Source of the DNA: Atractiella rhizophila
Lineage: Eukaryota
Assembly (NCBI GenBank): GCA_021432655.1
Contig: MU271566.1
Location: 1 to 43,738, forward strand
Length of the DNA: 43,738 nucleotides
Direction: 5' to 3'
The notes under the pieces: generated by a model
Told to the model about the DNA's origin: nothing
The model's database searches: none
The model's input: the letters and a program-made list of their open reading frames with translations, nothing else
Shown: in pieces, positions 1 to 11,882 of the stretch
Position numbering within the stretch: position 1 is the first letter of the stretch
Layout of the letters: each line of letters begins with the position of its first letter
Program-made: the position numbers and the translations under genes

Positions 1-272
1 TGGTCTATCTCATGAGACCTCAATTCCTTATATTCATAATCAGATGGGATTTATTGAAAGATGGTGGTATACTTTGTTTGATGTTGCACGAACAAATAAA
101 GGAATAAGAGACGCGTGAAGTGAGTGGTGGTTGCTGGTGTTGACAAGGCGTGTTGCGCGTCATAGAACTAGCAAGTTGCCATGATCGAGGAACACTTAGT
201 GAAATCGGATGAGAGAGAAGATGAGATGATACGTTCCGAAAGCTCACACAATGGAAGGAGCATACATGGCAA
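1..272. repeat. Inverted copy of 19859-20130 (95 bp of Copia integrase + 177 bp non-Copia DNA)
   Basis: Base-by-base reverse complement: position n pairs with 20131-n up to 272. The ORF track shows the same 75-aa peptide at 20..247(-) and 19884..20111(+). Confidence 0.95.
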
Positions 273-494
273 ATGCTTAGTTACAAGTTCTACAAGAAAA
301 AAAGCCTTATGAGATAGTGGCACAGACCGTGCTTCCCGTATTCGCAATATCGGCAGGATGGCAGCTCGTCTGTCGAAATCAGTCAAACGTGTCCCTAACC
401 TACCTCGCTTTCGTGAGTTTTTCTATCTCGCATCCTGTGGTATCTTTAAAAGGTCGAGTTAGTGAAGAATCACACTGGCACTTCGCCAGCTCAA

Positions 495-3400
495 ATGCCT
501 CCCTCACAGGACACAACAATGCACAGCGCTATTGCTCTCGAAACTCCATCAGGCTATTCACAAATGTCATTCGACTCTGTTCACGCCTTGATACCTAGTG
601 ATCAGCAATGTGTGGTTGCTGAAGAGGTGATCAGCGCCACAGCCATGCAGTCCGATACTTTCCAACCACTTTTGCAATTGCCTATCGATGAGTCAATCTT
701 CCTTGGATCCTTCCCAGCTATTTTACAACAAGGTCCAACCGCACAGCAAGAGTTACAAGATCCACTTTTCACACCTACAATTTCAGATGCCAGTCTTTCA
801 ACGCAGTCACTCCCGAGCTTCCTCCAATTGCCAAATCAAAGCACACCTGCAAGCGTATGCAACTCAACATTCTCTCGATCTGAACACGATGATCCTCATC
901 CTGATCAGCATTGCCCTTCTCCTCCCAACGGTACTCCAGTAACAGGATCTTGCCATCCGCTTGGGTGGATGTACCTTGAGGAATGCCGTGATATCTCAGG
1001 TGGTGGTTCACCTCTGACCAGTCGAGAGATCACGCTATTCGGCATGCTGACATGGTGCAAGCTTAATCATATGTCAGAGCAAGGTTACCAACAGCTACGA
1101 GAGCTCCTCCTCCATGCTGATTTCGATGCAAAACTGCTTCCCCACTCTATCAAAACAATCAAGAAGCTAGAAACTTGTCTTCCACTGATTCCAATCCATC
1201 TCACAAATGTGGAGGCACAGTGCAAAAGCAGACAAACAGGCAGAGTATCGAAGTCACAGGTCAAGGCACCTTTCTACCATTTGCCGTCTCTAGTTCAGCA
1301 GCGAGTTGTCGAGGACCATGAGATTTTCTCGTCTCTGTGGACCGGATTAGGGACACGACCTCACCAGCGCTCCGAGATGTGGCACGGAGACTTTTGGCAT
1401 GAGTCAATTGCAATTGCACGACAGGATCTACCTTTCCTTGCGCAAAACCAATCGGCTGTGTGGCCAGGATCCTATATATGGTACTCTCGACCACAAATCA
1501 AAAATCCTGACAGCAGTACTGTCATTTTCAATCCAAAATCAAAAGCCATTGGTCGTGTAGCAGGGATTTTTCATGGAACTGGCCCTGATGGGAATGTGAG
1601 CGATGACATTCTGGCCAGAATCCAGCCTGTTATATCCGTCGAAGACACTTTTAAGGCTCTAACTGTTCTCATACCATCCATTAATGTCGCTAAGGCGAAG
1701 AAACTGTGGAAGATCTACCTAAACGAATCCATGGTTATCGAATCTAGCCGGCGTCAGCTTCTGATCTTGGACTTTGATCATATCGTCAACCTCACCTCCA
1801 TTGCCAGCAGACTCGAGGAACTTTTAATTTGGAAAGAGGAACGTAAACTTACTCGAGATGACCTCTTGACTGGTGATAACCTCATCTTAGATACCGTCGT
1901 GCTGTTCGGAAAGCACCAGACACCAACTCCTGAAACCCTTGGGTTCTCTTCACTATTTCGGCTCCCTCCGCCGCTGGCAGAACTTGAGATCGAGCGAGGA
2001 GTAATTTCTGAAGAACAGCTAACAAAAGGGTTTCCTAGCCCACAGAAGACCTTTGTCATACCTATCTCTTTCTACTTTGATAAATTTGGTGTTTTCAGGA
2101 CCAGCCATCGAACCTGTGGAGGCCTTTATGCCATGATTGCAGCTTCCCCAGCTTTTCAGTGAGAGCAGCTACGAAATCGAATTGTTTGTGGCTTCGTACC
2201 GTTTGGGACTCACCTTCGTGAGGCTGGAGCTGAATTTCTGCGCGAGGTTGTCCAGTACTCACGTATGCCATTTCAGCTGCAGCATTTTGATCGACAGACC
2301 AACAAGCGCATTACCAGCAACTTCTTTGTCATGTTTTTCAGCCTGCGGGGCGACCTACCTCAGATGAACGAGGATGCAGGTACCAAGCTTCCTGGTGCGA
2401 TCAATCCATGTCGCAAAGATCTCTCTCTGCGTGAAGACGCCACCAACTTTGCACGCAAACCAACAGCACTCTTTAACCTTCAAAGGTCGATCAAGGAGTC
2501 AAGAAAGGCTCGAGAGAATGCTGAAACGGCAATGAATGCCACAACTCGAAGTCGCATCATCCGAGACTTTGGATTGTCCGATCTGGAATCAGCATGGACA
2601 AGTGCTGGGCTTGTCTGGGATCTGTTTCGCCAGACCCCTTTCGATATTTCTCACTCCGAAGGTGCAGGTATCTCCAAGGATCGACTGATCGATCTGAGTT
2701 TGCGTCTCGTACTCAGTCCTGCTGGTCTTGAATGTTTGTCTGAGGTTTTGACAAAAGAACAATTTCCATCGCCGCCAGGTTACTCTTCTACCCCCAATCC
2801 TGTCGGGAACTCCAAGCGATTTCAACAGCGAGACGCGTTCAACATCGTGAGTTACGGTGCACTAGCCTTGGATTGCGCTTTGCGCTTTAGATTGTCTGAC
2901 CCTCGCCATACGTTTGGTATCAAGAAGGATACATTCGAGAAGCTGAAGCTTGCTTACCCAGAGGAAATCAAGAACCATGAGCACTGTTTGAACCTCTTGA
3001 TTGAAACTTGGACTGCCGTCGCAGAGAGCAACTTCTGCGTGCTTGCGCGCTCGATGGATGAGGAAGCTTACTCTGAGCTTCATGAAAATGTCCTAGCAGG
3101 TCGACAGGCAATGCTGAAGGTGCGTAGGTATCAGACACTGATCTACCAGGGTCTGAGAGCGTATGCAGATGTTCGGCCCACTTACGGATGAGTTAGACAA
3201 ACTCCCGAACATGCACCTCGCTCTGCACCTAGCTGACGATGCTCGTCTCTTTTCTAATTGCCTTAACTCTTCTGTCGCCTTAGACTAGATTCTGCACAAG
3301 GCACCGAAGACACTTGTGCCACACACGAATTTCAAGGACATCGATGTCGCCTTCCTCAAGGACGATAATCTTCTCCAAACAATGCGGAGTGTGCTAGCTA

Positions 3401-4197
3401 GAGGGACAACGGAAGATTGTCCTCGCATATCTCGTATCTATACTGATTTGCAGCATGGGACCCCAAAGTTGTTCGATGGGTACTATTTTGGCCATCACAT
3501 TGTGAATGTCGGTGCTTTGAATGATCATTCTGGGAAGGTTGGAAATCTTTCACTCGAGCAAGTTGATAACAGGTGAAGAGGTCACTGCTGAGCATCCAGC
3601 AACTGATATTATTTAGACTTCTTGATATTCAGCTCTACTTAGAGCTCTCTGGAAAGGAAAGACGTTCAAGACAACTTATCCATTCGTTGGTGAACTGCGA
3701 ACAGCCATCAGTCAAAGAACGCATTCGACTCCTCCATTGCGCCTACCAAGAATGGTACACCATCCCTATTCCGCTAATTGCAGCTGATCACATTTCTAAC
3801 GAGCTGAGACACTTCGAAAAACTGATATATTTCGATATAATCCTCCAGCATAAACGTACGATCCGAGTAGAGGATCTTGTTTGGATGCAATGCACAAGGG
3901 CATGAGGGCCAGCTTGTCATTCGAACAGCACGAGTGGATGAGATATTTATCCATGCACAAAGCAGCCAACATCGCATCTTTCTTAAACTTACGTGGTTCA
4001 AGGACATCGGAAGCTTCTCTCCTCTCATGCCATTAGTCCGTAAGTATGAGTTAGACATGATGTCTTCCATCGCAGGCATCGGCATTCTTTCAAGTTCTCG
4101 GGCAGCTCATTTTTTACCAAATTATAGGAAGCACAAATTCACCGACTCTGTGATTTCAAGTTATCTGTACAATCCATTAACAGTGGCAGTGGCATAG
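495..4197 (+). pseudogene. CMC/EnSpm(Plavaka-related)-like DDE transposase with probable C-terminal BAH-like domain, inactivated
   Basis: Motifs EMWHGDFWHES, FYFDKFGVFRTSHRTCGGLY, GFVPFG, GDLPQMNEDAG..PCR, QTPFDISH and LPNMHLALHL resemble fungal CMC-like transposases. ORFs 462 and 2265 share a frame across TGA 2160-2162. Intron ~3120-3178, TAG ~3286 and a frameshift near 3890. Confidence 0.7.
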
Positions 4198-4322
4198 TTG
4201 CAATTGATATTGTTAGTTAAGTGGTCCATTTGTGAACCAACATTCTGAATATCTTTCATAATACAAGTACAATTCATTGAGAGAAGCGGCGCAATTTGCA
4301 GTTCGTTTGTGACGTTTATGCG

Positions 4323-4851
4323 CTATCGGCTTTTCCTGCCACCTTCCGCTTGGAACATACTTAGTTGTTTGTTTACTCCCACCGGCAAAGGAGAAGGCAA
4401 AGGAAGACTCACGGGGTTCTTCTTCTTCCTTTTCGCAGGAGGATTCTCATCGTTAGTTGATGTTTCCGCTTCTTCAGACCTTGAGGCTTTTGCTTTAGGA
4501 GGGGCAAACTTCTTCAGATCCTCCATACTGGTACATACAGCCAGAAGGAATGAACTATAGTGATCCCCCATTCGATCTCGCCAAAAGCCCTATTGCTACC
4601 CTTAAACCTATCTCCCCATTCCAGCTATGAGCAAGAACACTCACCGGCATCAACGTCTCCAAATGCTCCACCGTGCTCATCGGTGACATTGCTCCCCTCC
4701 CCCCCTCCTCCCAGCTCCTCCTGAACATCTTCAATTCCTTCACTAGCATAGGAGGGTTTTGCAATAACTCCATCCCACCTTTACATATTTCCAGCGGAAT
4801 CGCGCGCTCACAGGTTGGCTCCGTCTTCCCCCTTTTCCTTTTCGATGACAT
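4323..4851 (-). pseudogene. Possible second (accessory) gene of the CMC-like element, basic/NLS-rich, frameshifted
   Basis: Overlapping ORFs MSSKRKRGK... and ...PPAKRKKKNP..., convergent on the transposase and inside the putative element end. No recognisable domain. Confidence 0.3.
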
Positions 4852-5639
4852 TGGGATGGCTTTGGATGCGGAGGTGTGGAGCACAATAGAGAGTCGTCGT
4901 TGATGTTTGACGTTGTGAGAACCGCGAGTCACGCTGACATTACCAAAGTGAGCGACTGCCAGCCTGAGCCTAGAGTTGCAAACATACCAAACTCAAGCGC
5001 CTGCTCCAGTGGAAGCAGTGTTGCTTTACTTTCTCGTTGGTATCATCCTGCTTCAAAGACCTGATCAGCCAGATAACGGGATCGCTGCGAATGAGGTGGC
5101 TGGACTGCATAATCACGCAAGAAATGACGGTACCCACTCCCCACTCCGATAAATCTAAGAGATAACATACCTTGGTTCCAGCACAAAGAAGAAGGTCGCT
5201 AACACGTGTCACGACCTCTGTGGCCATTCTCCATCTACTCCGACATCTTTGCTAACCCTTAGACTATCCTCAAACTACTCACGCATCACAACTGCCCAAT
5301 GGTTGACCAAGCGTTGTCGACAGCCGAACCAGATATCCCAGCATTTTCAAAGTTGCCAACGATGGCTCCTGCTTCTCATCAGAGTCAATATATAATCGGC
5401 AATGAAATGAAAAGCACTACACATTATTGCTATTGTGGTCCACAGCTTCGTGAGGAGTGATGGAACATGGCTAAGTGCCAGTGCGATGTGACGCTCATGG
5501 ATCGTTAATGGCCAATCTAAGCCGAATTGGCATTAATCTCGTTTCGGTTGGAGGACAATACGAAGGTTCTTCTCACGTCCTTGCCACATAAACTAGCAAG
5601 CATGGAGCAATCGTCAACAAGCGAAGATAACTGTTGTTG

Positions 5640-5880
5640 CAGTCGACAATGATGGGACAATGATGCGACAACAATTTGACAATGTCGGGACAGTCGTGGT
5701 TGGTTGCTGGCCAAGTTTTGTTTGTCCCCGACGATTGAGCAATGCTCAAGACATAGGGGTGTAACCATACGATTACGGTTTGGACACAGTGTTATGCCAT
5801 TTCAATCAACGTCCAGTACCTACAAGCATTTTACTGACATTGGACAAGAATCCTGAAAAGGGACCCTGTTCCGGCTAGGG
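5640..5880. mobile_element. Right terminus of CMC/EnSpm-like element (ends ...CCCTGTTCCGGCTAGGG; CCCTA on the minus strand) with GACAA-rich subterminal repeats
   Basis: The terminal ~40 bp (5840-5880) recur at 27232-27270. Clustered GACAA(T) motifs at 5641-5700. The left TIR is not in the window. Confidence 0.55.
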
Positions 5881-6322
5881 AGTCGATTTGGTTTGAGCTT
5901 GAATTGCAAAGCGTCGGTCGCACTTCCTTTCAGAAACCAGAAAAGAAACGATTACATTGATTTGAGTTCGACTAAGTACGAAACAAGAAACCAAAGCCAA
6001 TAGAGCAGAAGATTAGACGAATATCAGACAGTGAATCGAAAAGGAATGGAAAGAGGATCGACATCCTTCCAAACGGAAGGCATTCCATGTCTCAGCCGCT
6101 GCTCATCGAACCACCTCGCATCAATAACCTTGCTCTGTCATCTCACTTTCGAAGTCCTGAGCTGTATATTAGATCTCCTTCCATCCTCCTTTTCATTAGT
6201 CCGCCTCCTTCTCTCAACCAGCAGCGCTCTTCTCCTTCTCCAACCCGTCGCCTCTTTCTTCGAGACTGAGCAATCTATTCCTCTTTATAAGTCAAAAACC
6301 CCTTATAGTTCCGCTCCGTAAC

Positions 6323-7780
6323 CTAAGCCTCCAGAATCCATGAGCGCTTATCCTCCTCACACACCCTACATTCCCTCATAGTCGCCCTAGCGATCCCGAT
6401 CTCCCATTCAAGCCACGCTCCAAAGAATAACCGCACACTTAACATCTTCACTTGCACCTCTTCAGATTCATGCTCCACATTCCCCTCCAATATCTTCTTC
6501 TGCCGCTTTGCAAAGAACCAACGGACAAAGTCTGGGAAATCGTCCCAGTCCACGACACAGTACTGGACTCTTATGCCTTGGATCGCTGATGCATTTTTCA
6601 GACTGCTGAAGAAGTGGAAGGGTACCAGGTTTGAATTTTCTTCGCCACCGTCGAGGTAGAGCTCAGTGAGTTGCGTGAGGTATGATAAGTCGAATGGAGC
6701 GGGCAGAATAGATATGCTTCCATCAGTCGAGAAGGGGGCGAGGGTGAGAGTGAGAGATTCTAGAACAGGAGGCAGAACATTGCCACAGAAAGACGGGGGG
6801 AGAGGACAGACATAGGAGAGAATCAGTTCGTGCAAGGTGTGCGGGAGGGAGAGTGATGGCAAAGGCGGGTACCGTCCAAGGCCTAGCTTTAAGAGACCAG
6901 GAGGTAACAAAAGGCTAGTAGATCCTGAAGACGCTGTCGAGAAGGCAGACGAAGTGTCCTCCACGTCGTAAACACTGAGCCTTTTGAGGCTCCCGTTCAC
7001 CCTCGACACAAAATCCTCGACCTCGTCTTTCCTCCACTTTCTCGTACCTTTAAAAAGTTTTACATCATCCAACCACTTCAAGCTTGCAATCGCATTCAAC
7101 ACTATTCCTGCCTCCTGTTCATTCCAAAGTGCCCTCACCGTCACTTGTGTAACGTTTGGAAAGGCTGCGATGACCTCTTCCACCAGTGCAACGCTCATAT
7201 ACTGATGAAACCGCAGATCTCTCCAGAGACATCCAGCAGCAGGGTACAGTCCTGACGGAGCATGATGCTCGTTCATAGAGGTAGCTTGGTTTGGACAAGC
7301 AGCTGAGATGGCTTTCCACGCCGGCAGCAGTTCGCCATGGAATGTGGCAGCAGAGTTCCATTCGCCCGCAACGTCATCCACTTCCCCAGCTACAACAAAA
7401 TCAAAGATGTAATACATAAGCTCAATGGGAAGGCGAGAGATTGGGGCAAACGCTGGGCTTGAGAGTGACAGTTGAATAAGGTTCGCATGGCCGCTATCCC
7501 TCTTCCATAATTCGTTATCAGCGACTGGGACATAACTTCGAAAAGCGATGTAAGTGGCGATGGGAGCGAAGATCGCTACAGAGCGATTTTCTGGAAGGAG
7601 AGGAAAAGTGAGAGTAAATGGTAGCATCTGACCCTCTCGATTGACGCAAGCATCTGTCCCATCTCCAAAAACTACTATAATATTTTCCCGATCGAGGGTC
7701 ATACAAAACTTTGCTATCCCGTCGTCCCTAATAGAAGTTTCGAGGCATGGAAGTGAGAAACAGGTCAATTTTGACGACAT
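6323..7780 (-). CDS. F-box-like / leucine-rich-repeat protein (start uncertain; ORF is open up to 8119, inside an LTR)
   Basis: F-box-like ISRLPIELMYYIFDFV, followed by LPxxLxxLxL repeats (LPPGLLKLGL, LPHTLHELIL, LPPVLESLTL). Long uninterrupted ORF. Confidence 0.7.
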   Translation of the reverse strand: MSSKLTCFSLPCLETSIRDDGIAKFCMTLDRENIIVVFGDGTDACVNREGQMLPFTLTFPLLPENRSVAIFAPIATYIAFRSYVPVADNELWKRDSGHANLIQLSLSSPAFAPISRLPIELMYYIFDFVVAGEVDDVAGEWNSAATFHGELLPAWKAISAACPNQATSMNEHHAPSGLYPAAGCLWRDLRFHQYMSVALVEEVIAAFPNVTQVTVRALWNEQEAGIVLNAIASLKWLDDVKLFKGTRKWRKDEVEDFVSRVNGSLKRLSVYDVEDTSSAFSTASSGSTSLLLPPGLLKLGLGRYPPLPSLSLPHTLHELILSYVCPLPPSFCGNVLPPVLESLTLTLAPFSTDGSISILPAPFDLSYLTQLTELYLDGGEENSNLVPFHFFSSLKNASAIQGIRVQYCVVDWDDFPDFVRWFFAKRQKKILEGNVEHESEEVQVKMLSVRLFFGAWLEWEIGIARATMRECRVCEEDKRSWILEA

Positions 7781-7966
7781 CTCCACTAGATCGTCCGGAG
7801 TGAATTCAACAGGAAAAGCCACTGTGATCTGCAGCGTCGCAGGTGATGGATGAAGGCTGGATATGAAAGAGGGGAGAATGGAGAGCCCCAGCGAGTGGCA
7901 CCGTCCTGGGGTGATAACATTGACAAGTCCGCTGGAGTTTTGTGGCTCAGAATCCTGCTTAATTGT

Positions 7967-8256
7967 TGTCAGATGCATAAGGATGAGAAGAAGACAGCAA
8001 CAGACAAATGTTGGGTTCAATCTGTCTTGCCTCTGGGTTGTCCCTGTTTCACCCATCTCGACTTGGACTGTTCTCAGCTTAATTTTGAGAGGGAGAATTG
8101 TGCGCTGAACCTGGTCCACAGCAGATGGTGGTCAAATCGCTGTCTACAATGCAATGAACTCCCTACCTTGGTCCACAGCGGCAAATCGCTTGTGGAACCA
8201 GAACACGACCCTAACCCTAAGCGTAGAATGGAAGGGTTAGAGCTCAGGCTCTCACA
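7967..8256 (-). repeat. 3' LTR of Ty1/Copia element (~290 bp)
   Basis: Minus-strand PPT GAGTGAGTGGGGGG (8270-8257) is followed directly by TGTGAGA. Candidate end TCTGACA at 7967 forms a 6/7 terminal inverted repeat. Lies downstream of the Copia RNase H. No second LTR is present to confirm the end. Confidence 0.65.
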
Positions 8257-8459
8257 CCCCCCACTCACTCGGTGCCCAAAGAAAGAAACCAGTACCAGAA
8301 AACTCCAGAAGTAAAATAGAACGATAGTGAAGTATCAATGAGTAGCAGATACCATGTAATGAAGGTAAACAAAAGACTAATTCAACTGGATAGCAAAGAA
8401 GTATCAACACAGAAAGTCAATGAACTAGAATGGTAATAAAAGTCAACAAATCCAACAGC

Positions 8460-9604
8460 ACAAAAAAACGTGAATATCTATGTATGATGTATATGAATCC
8501 GTTCAGCAAGTGCGATATCCCCTTCGTCATCACATCCGCTACCATCTCCTGTGTCGGTATCCACATCAGTATCACCTCACCCTTATTTATCATTTCACAG
8601 ATAAAATGATGATGAACATCGACATGTTTCGTCCTGCTGTGGTTAGAGGATGTTTGGCCAGTGTGAGCATCCCTTGATTGTCGCCTTTGATCGTCGTCAG
8701 CGCATTCTGAGGGAATCCTAACTCAGTCAGCAACGCTCGTAACCAAACCGCCTCCCTCGCCGCCGATGAGAGCACTATGTATTCCGCTTCCGTAGATGAG
8801 ATCGCCACAGTCAGTTGCATCTTAGGTATCCATGAAATCGCAAACCTCCCTAGTCTGAAAACAACCCCTGAATCGATCTTCTGGTGTCAATATCAGATGC
8901 ATGGTCAGAGTCAGAAAAACCTTCTATAAAAGTGGATCCTGTGTTGTCCCAAATCAGTCTAAAGTGTAAGGTTGCAGCAAGTTATCTGAAAATCCTCTGC
9001 ACCCAAGCCCGATGTCGACAACCAGGATTGGAGTTGACTCGAGCCGCCCAGTTTACTGCAAATAGTATGTCTGGCCTGGTATTAACTGCTGCATATATCA
9101 GTGCTCCAACTGCCTCCCTGTATGGCTTCTCCTACATGTACTTACGCTCCTCATCAGAGTTGGGCGCCCATTCTCTCGATATTTTCTCGTCGATATCGCA
9201 GGGAGTCTTGACGTGATTGCATTGAGTCATTCAAAACCGTTCAAGACATTTCCTGATATAGCTTTCCTGATCCAAAGTCACTATGCTGTTAGTCTCGTCC
9301 CAAGCTATCCTCATCCCCAAAAGGTACCAACAGAGGATGTGGTGATTGTGAATTGTGATCGAAGCAAATCAAATAACCTGTCAATCAATGTCCGGAACAA
9401 TGCTACTATCGATCCGTCATCCACATGAAGGCATGATCGTTACCTCCTCCCCCTCCTTCTGGATGTACGCCCTGTGATCCGCATTGGTCCTGATGTAGCC
9501 TTGTGGCATAAGGAAGGTGTGAAGCGTATCATTCCAACCGTTTCCTGCCTGTCACAGTCCGTAAAGCGTCTTCCGTAATCGGAATACCTTCGATGGCGCA
9601 TTGG
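8460..9604 (-). pseudogene. Copia pol 3' part (RT C-terminus + RNase H)
   Basis: [45 protein letters not shown]; frameshifted. Confidence 0.9.
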
Positions 9605-10045
9605 TGTTAGGGCTGACACTATGTGCGGTCGCCGACGGGCGATGCGTCTGTAGTGGAGGTAAACCTAAGAGAATACTCTGAGGTCACCACCACTACATCT
9701 CAATGTATATATACATATGTAAAGGCACTGCCATAAACTGTAACATACGTTTCTTGAAACATGTAAGACAACTAGATCAGGAAAGTAATAAAGGGAATAC
9801 TCGGAAGTAAAACATACTAAGCAGTACAAGTGAGAAAGTATAATAAGGCAATAACGGAGACGGTGCAGACCGGCGAAACGTATAAGGTTTGCTGAGCGGT
9901 GATTCGTGTGAGATAAGGGAAAACAGCGGTCAGTGCAAACATGAGCAAAGCGGCGTTGGGTAGGTACGTGATTCTACGGCATGGTAAAGTAGGTCATGTG
10001 ACTGTAGGTGGTGCATTTCGGTAATGCATAGGGGCAAGCCTGATA
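9605..10045 (-). repeat. Gypsy 3' LTR (type A)
   Basis: TGTTAGGG...CCTGATA, adjacent to the PPT at 10046-10055. Ten differences from 17877-18317. Confidence 0.95.
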
Positions 10046-10170
10046 ACAACCCCCAAATTTCTGACTAGTGTACGTGAGTCACGGAATTTTAAGGTTAAGG
10101 TTTGCGGCTAGCTTGGGCGAAAAATTCTTCCAGTTCTACCACCATCACCTTCCCCTTTATTCTTGCAAAA

Positions 10171-11882
10171 ATGTCGACCGACGCACAACTCTTCGACTTC
10201 ATTCTGGCGAACAAAGATAGGAAGGATAGTACTGTTTACTGGGATGTGGAGAAGGCGAAGGAGGTGAACTTTGGGCGATTCGCCGATATGCTGGAGTGGG
10301 GAAAAAGATGTTATCCTCTGTATGTCAAATTTTGTGATGAGGTGCAGGCAGAGGTGAGCTTTTTTGTCTTGCATATTGTGGTTGGGCGTGTGTGTAACCC
10401 GTCGCCGATGGAAAGGTGCGAATGGCTTATGAGGCTGCCAAAGGGTTTGGAGATGGGCGGGTTTTGTCGTTCCCACTGTGGATGCCTGTGGAAGCCCTGC
10501 AGGCATTGCGGAATGAACTTCGGCTCTGGGTCGAACAAGTGGTGCTCGTCAAGGAGGATGCAGTGAAACTCGGCTTTCAGCCTTCTGAGTCGGCGAATGG
10601 TGACCCTGTTTTGCGAAGGAAAGAATGAGAGCTTTTCTTGTCAGACACGAAAAAACGCTTGGCGAAGGAAGAAGAGGAACGAAAATGGGCAGCGCTTGAA
10701 AATAAACGTCGAGCGGCAGAGGAAAACTTGCGCGTTCAAAGGTAGATTTCGGCAGCAAAAGGACCCGAGGTTGGGGTTGTGAGGACCCTGTCTGACCATC
10801 TGGTTACTGCGACTACCTTTGTTTTGCCTGCAGCTTTGGGGGATCGAAACCCGTTCGCCAGTGCGCCGGTCGCCGAATTCGTAGTGCACGACGGGAAAGT
10901 GCGAGTCAGTGACAAGGAGTTGGATGTGGCGAAATACCGTTACTTCTGGCCAGGTACTCGTGAGGCTTATTCTCACGCTGCGGAGAACATCAATCTGGGT
11001 GAGTTGGAACTCGAATTGGTTATCACGACCCCTCGGGCGAATCTGCGTATCCTTCCCACGTTAGCGAGCATCGGAACGCAGCGATGTAGTAATTGTACCG
11101 GAAAAATTCGAGCGGCACCCGTCAAAGCGGCGAAAAAGAAGGCTAAAGCCGACAATGAGTCTCAGGTCTGCGACTTCTTCGCTGCGCATGTCGCAACCGC
11201 GTTCGGTCGGATTTGTTCGCGTTGTCATAGTTCGCGAAAGAGGTGTGAGGTTTTGCCTTTGGGGTCTTTGCGAGAGCTTTCTATGCTAGTCGTAATGTCG
11301 ACTACTTTCCATCCTAAATGCATCGGCGATGGGAGAAAACGTCCATCAGCTTTCGCCGAGAGTAATTACAAGAACGTGTCGGACGCCAATAAGGACTCTC
11401 CTTCGCATTCTATGTTGAGCGCTGCCCGGTTGTACTCCGAAGCATTCAGCATGGATTTTGCACAAACGATGCTCGAGGCTGCCAGGTTGAATGCGCAAGC
11501 GGCGGCGGACGCTCTTAAGGCTGCTGAATTGCAAACGGAATTGTTTAAAAGGAGGCAGGATGAACGTGCAGCGGAGGATGGGGCTAGTGAGGGTTCTGAG
11601 CTGGAAGATGTGATAGCCGATGTGACTGGTAGGTGAGTTTATCTGTTTTTTTGGCGATCCGTCTGACTCTCTAGATGTTGTTTAGGCATCGTAGGGCATT
11701 TGACCCGTCGCCAGCTGCAAAAAAGTCGTCGCATCGGCGAAATGGAGTTTCGACTCGGCGACTTAAAACCTTCATTGGCCCAAGAGGCTTATGACAATTC
11801 CAACTATGATGCGTATTCTGTTTCCTTCTCGAGTAGCAGTGATAGTGAGGAGTCTGTCCAGAGTGGTGATTTTGAACTGTGA
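10171..11882 (+). pseudogene. Spliced antisense accessory gene within the Gypsy 3' region; coiled-coil-like and Cys-cluster (CxxC..CxxC-x6-C) protein
   Basis: Exons 10171-10353, 10416-11632 and 11675-11882 join in frame via GTGAGC..AAG and GTGAGT..CTGAC..TAG introns. Two internal stops (TGA 10626, TAG 10743). CSNC and CSRCHSSRKRC motifs. Confidence 0.7.

Noticed and set aside
2160..2162. Alternative genetic code or TGA readthrough
   Set aside because: In-frame stops occur only in TE-associated genes, alongside TAG stops and frameshifts. They are explained by C>T changes, and host genes read normally.
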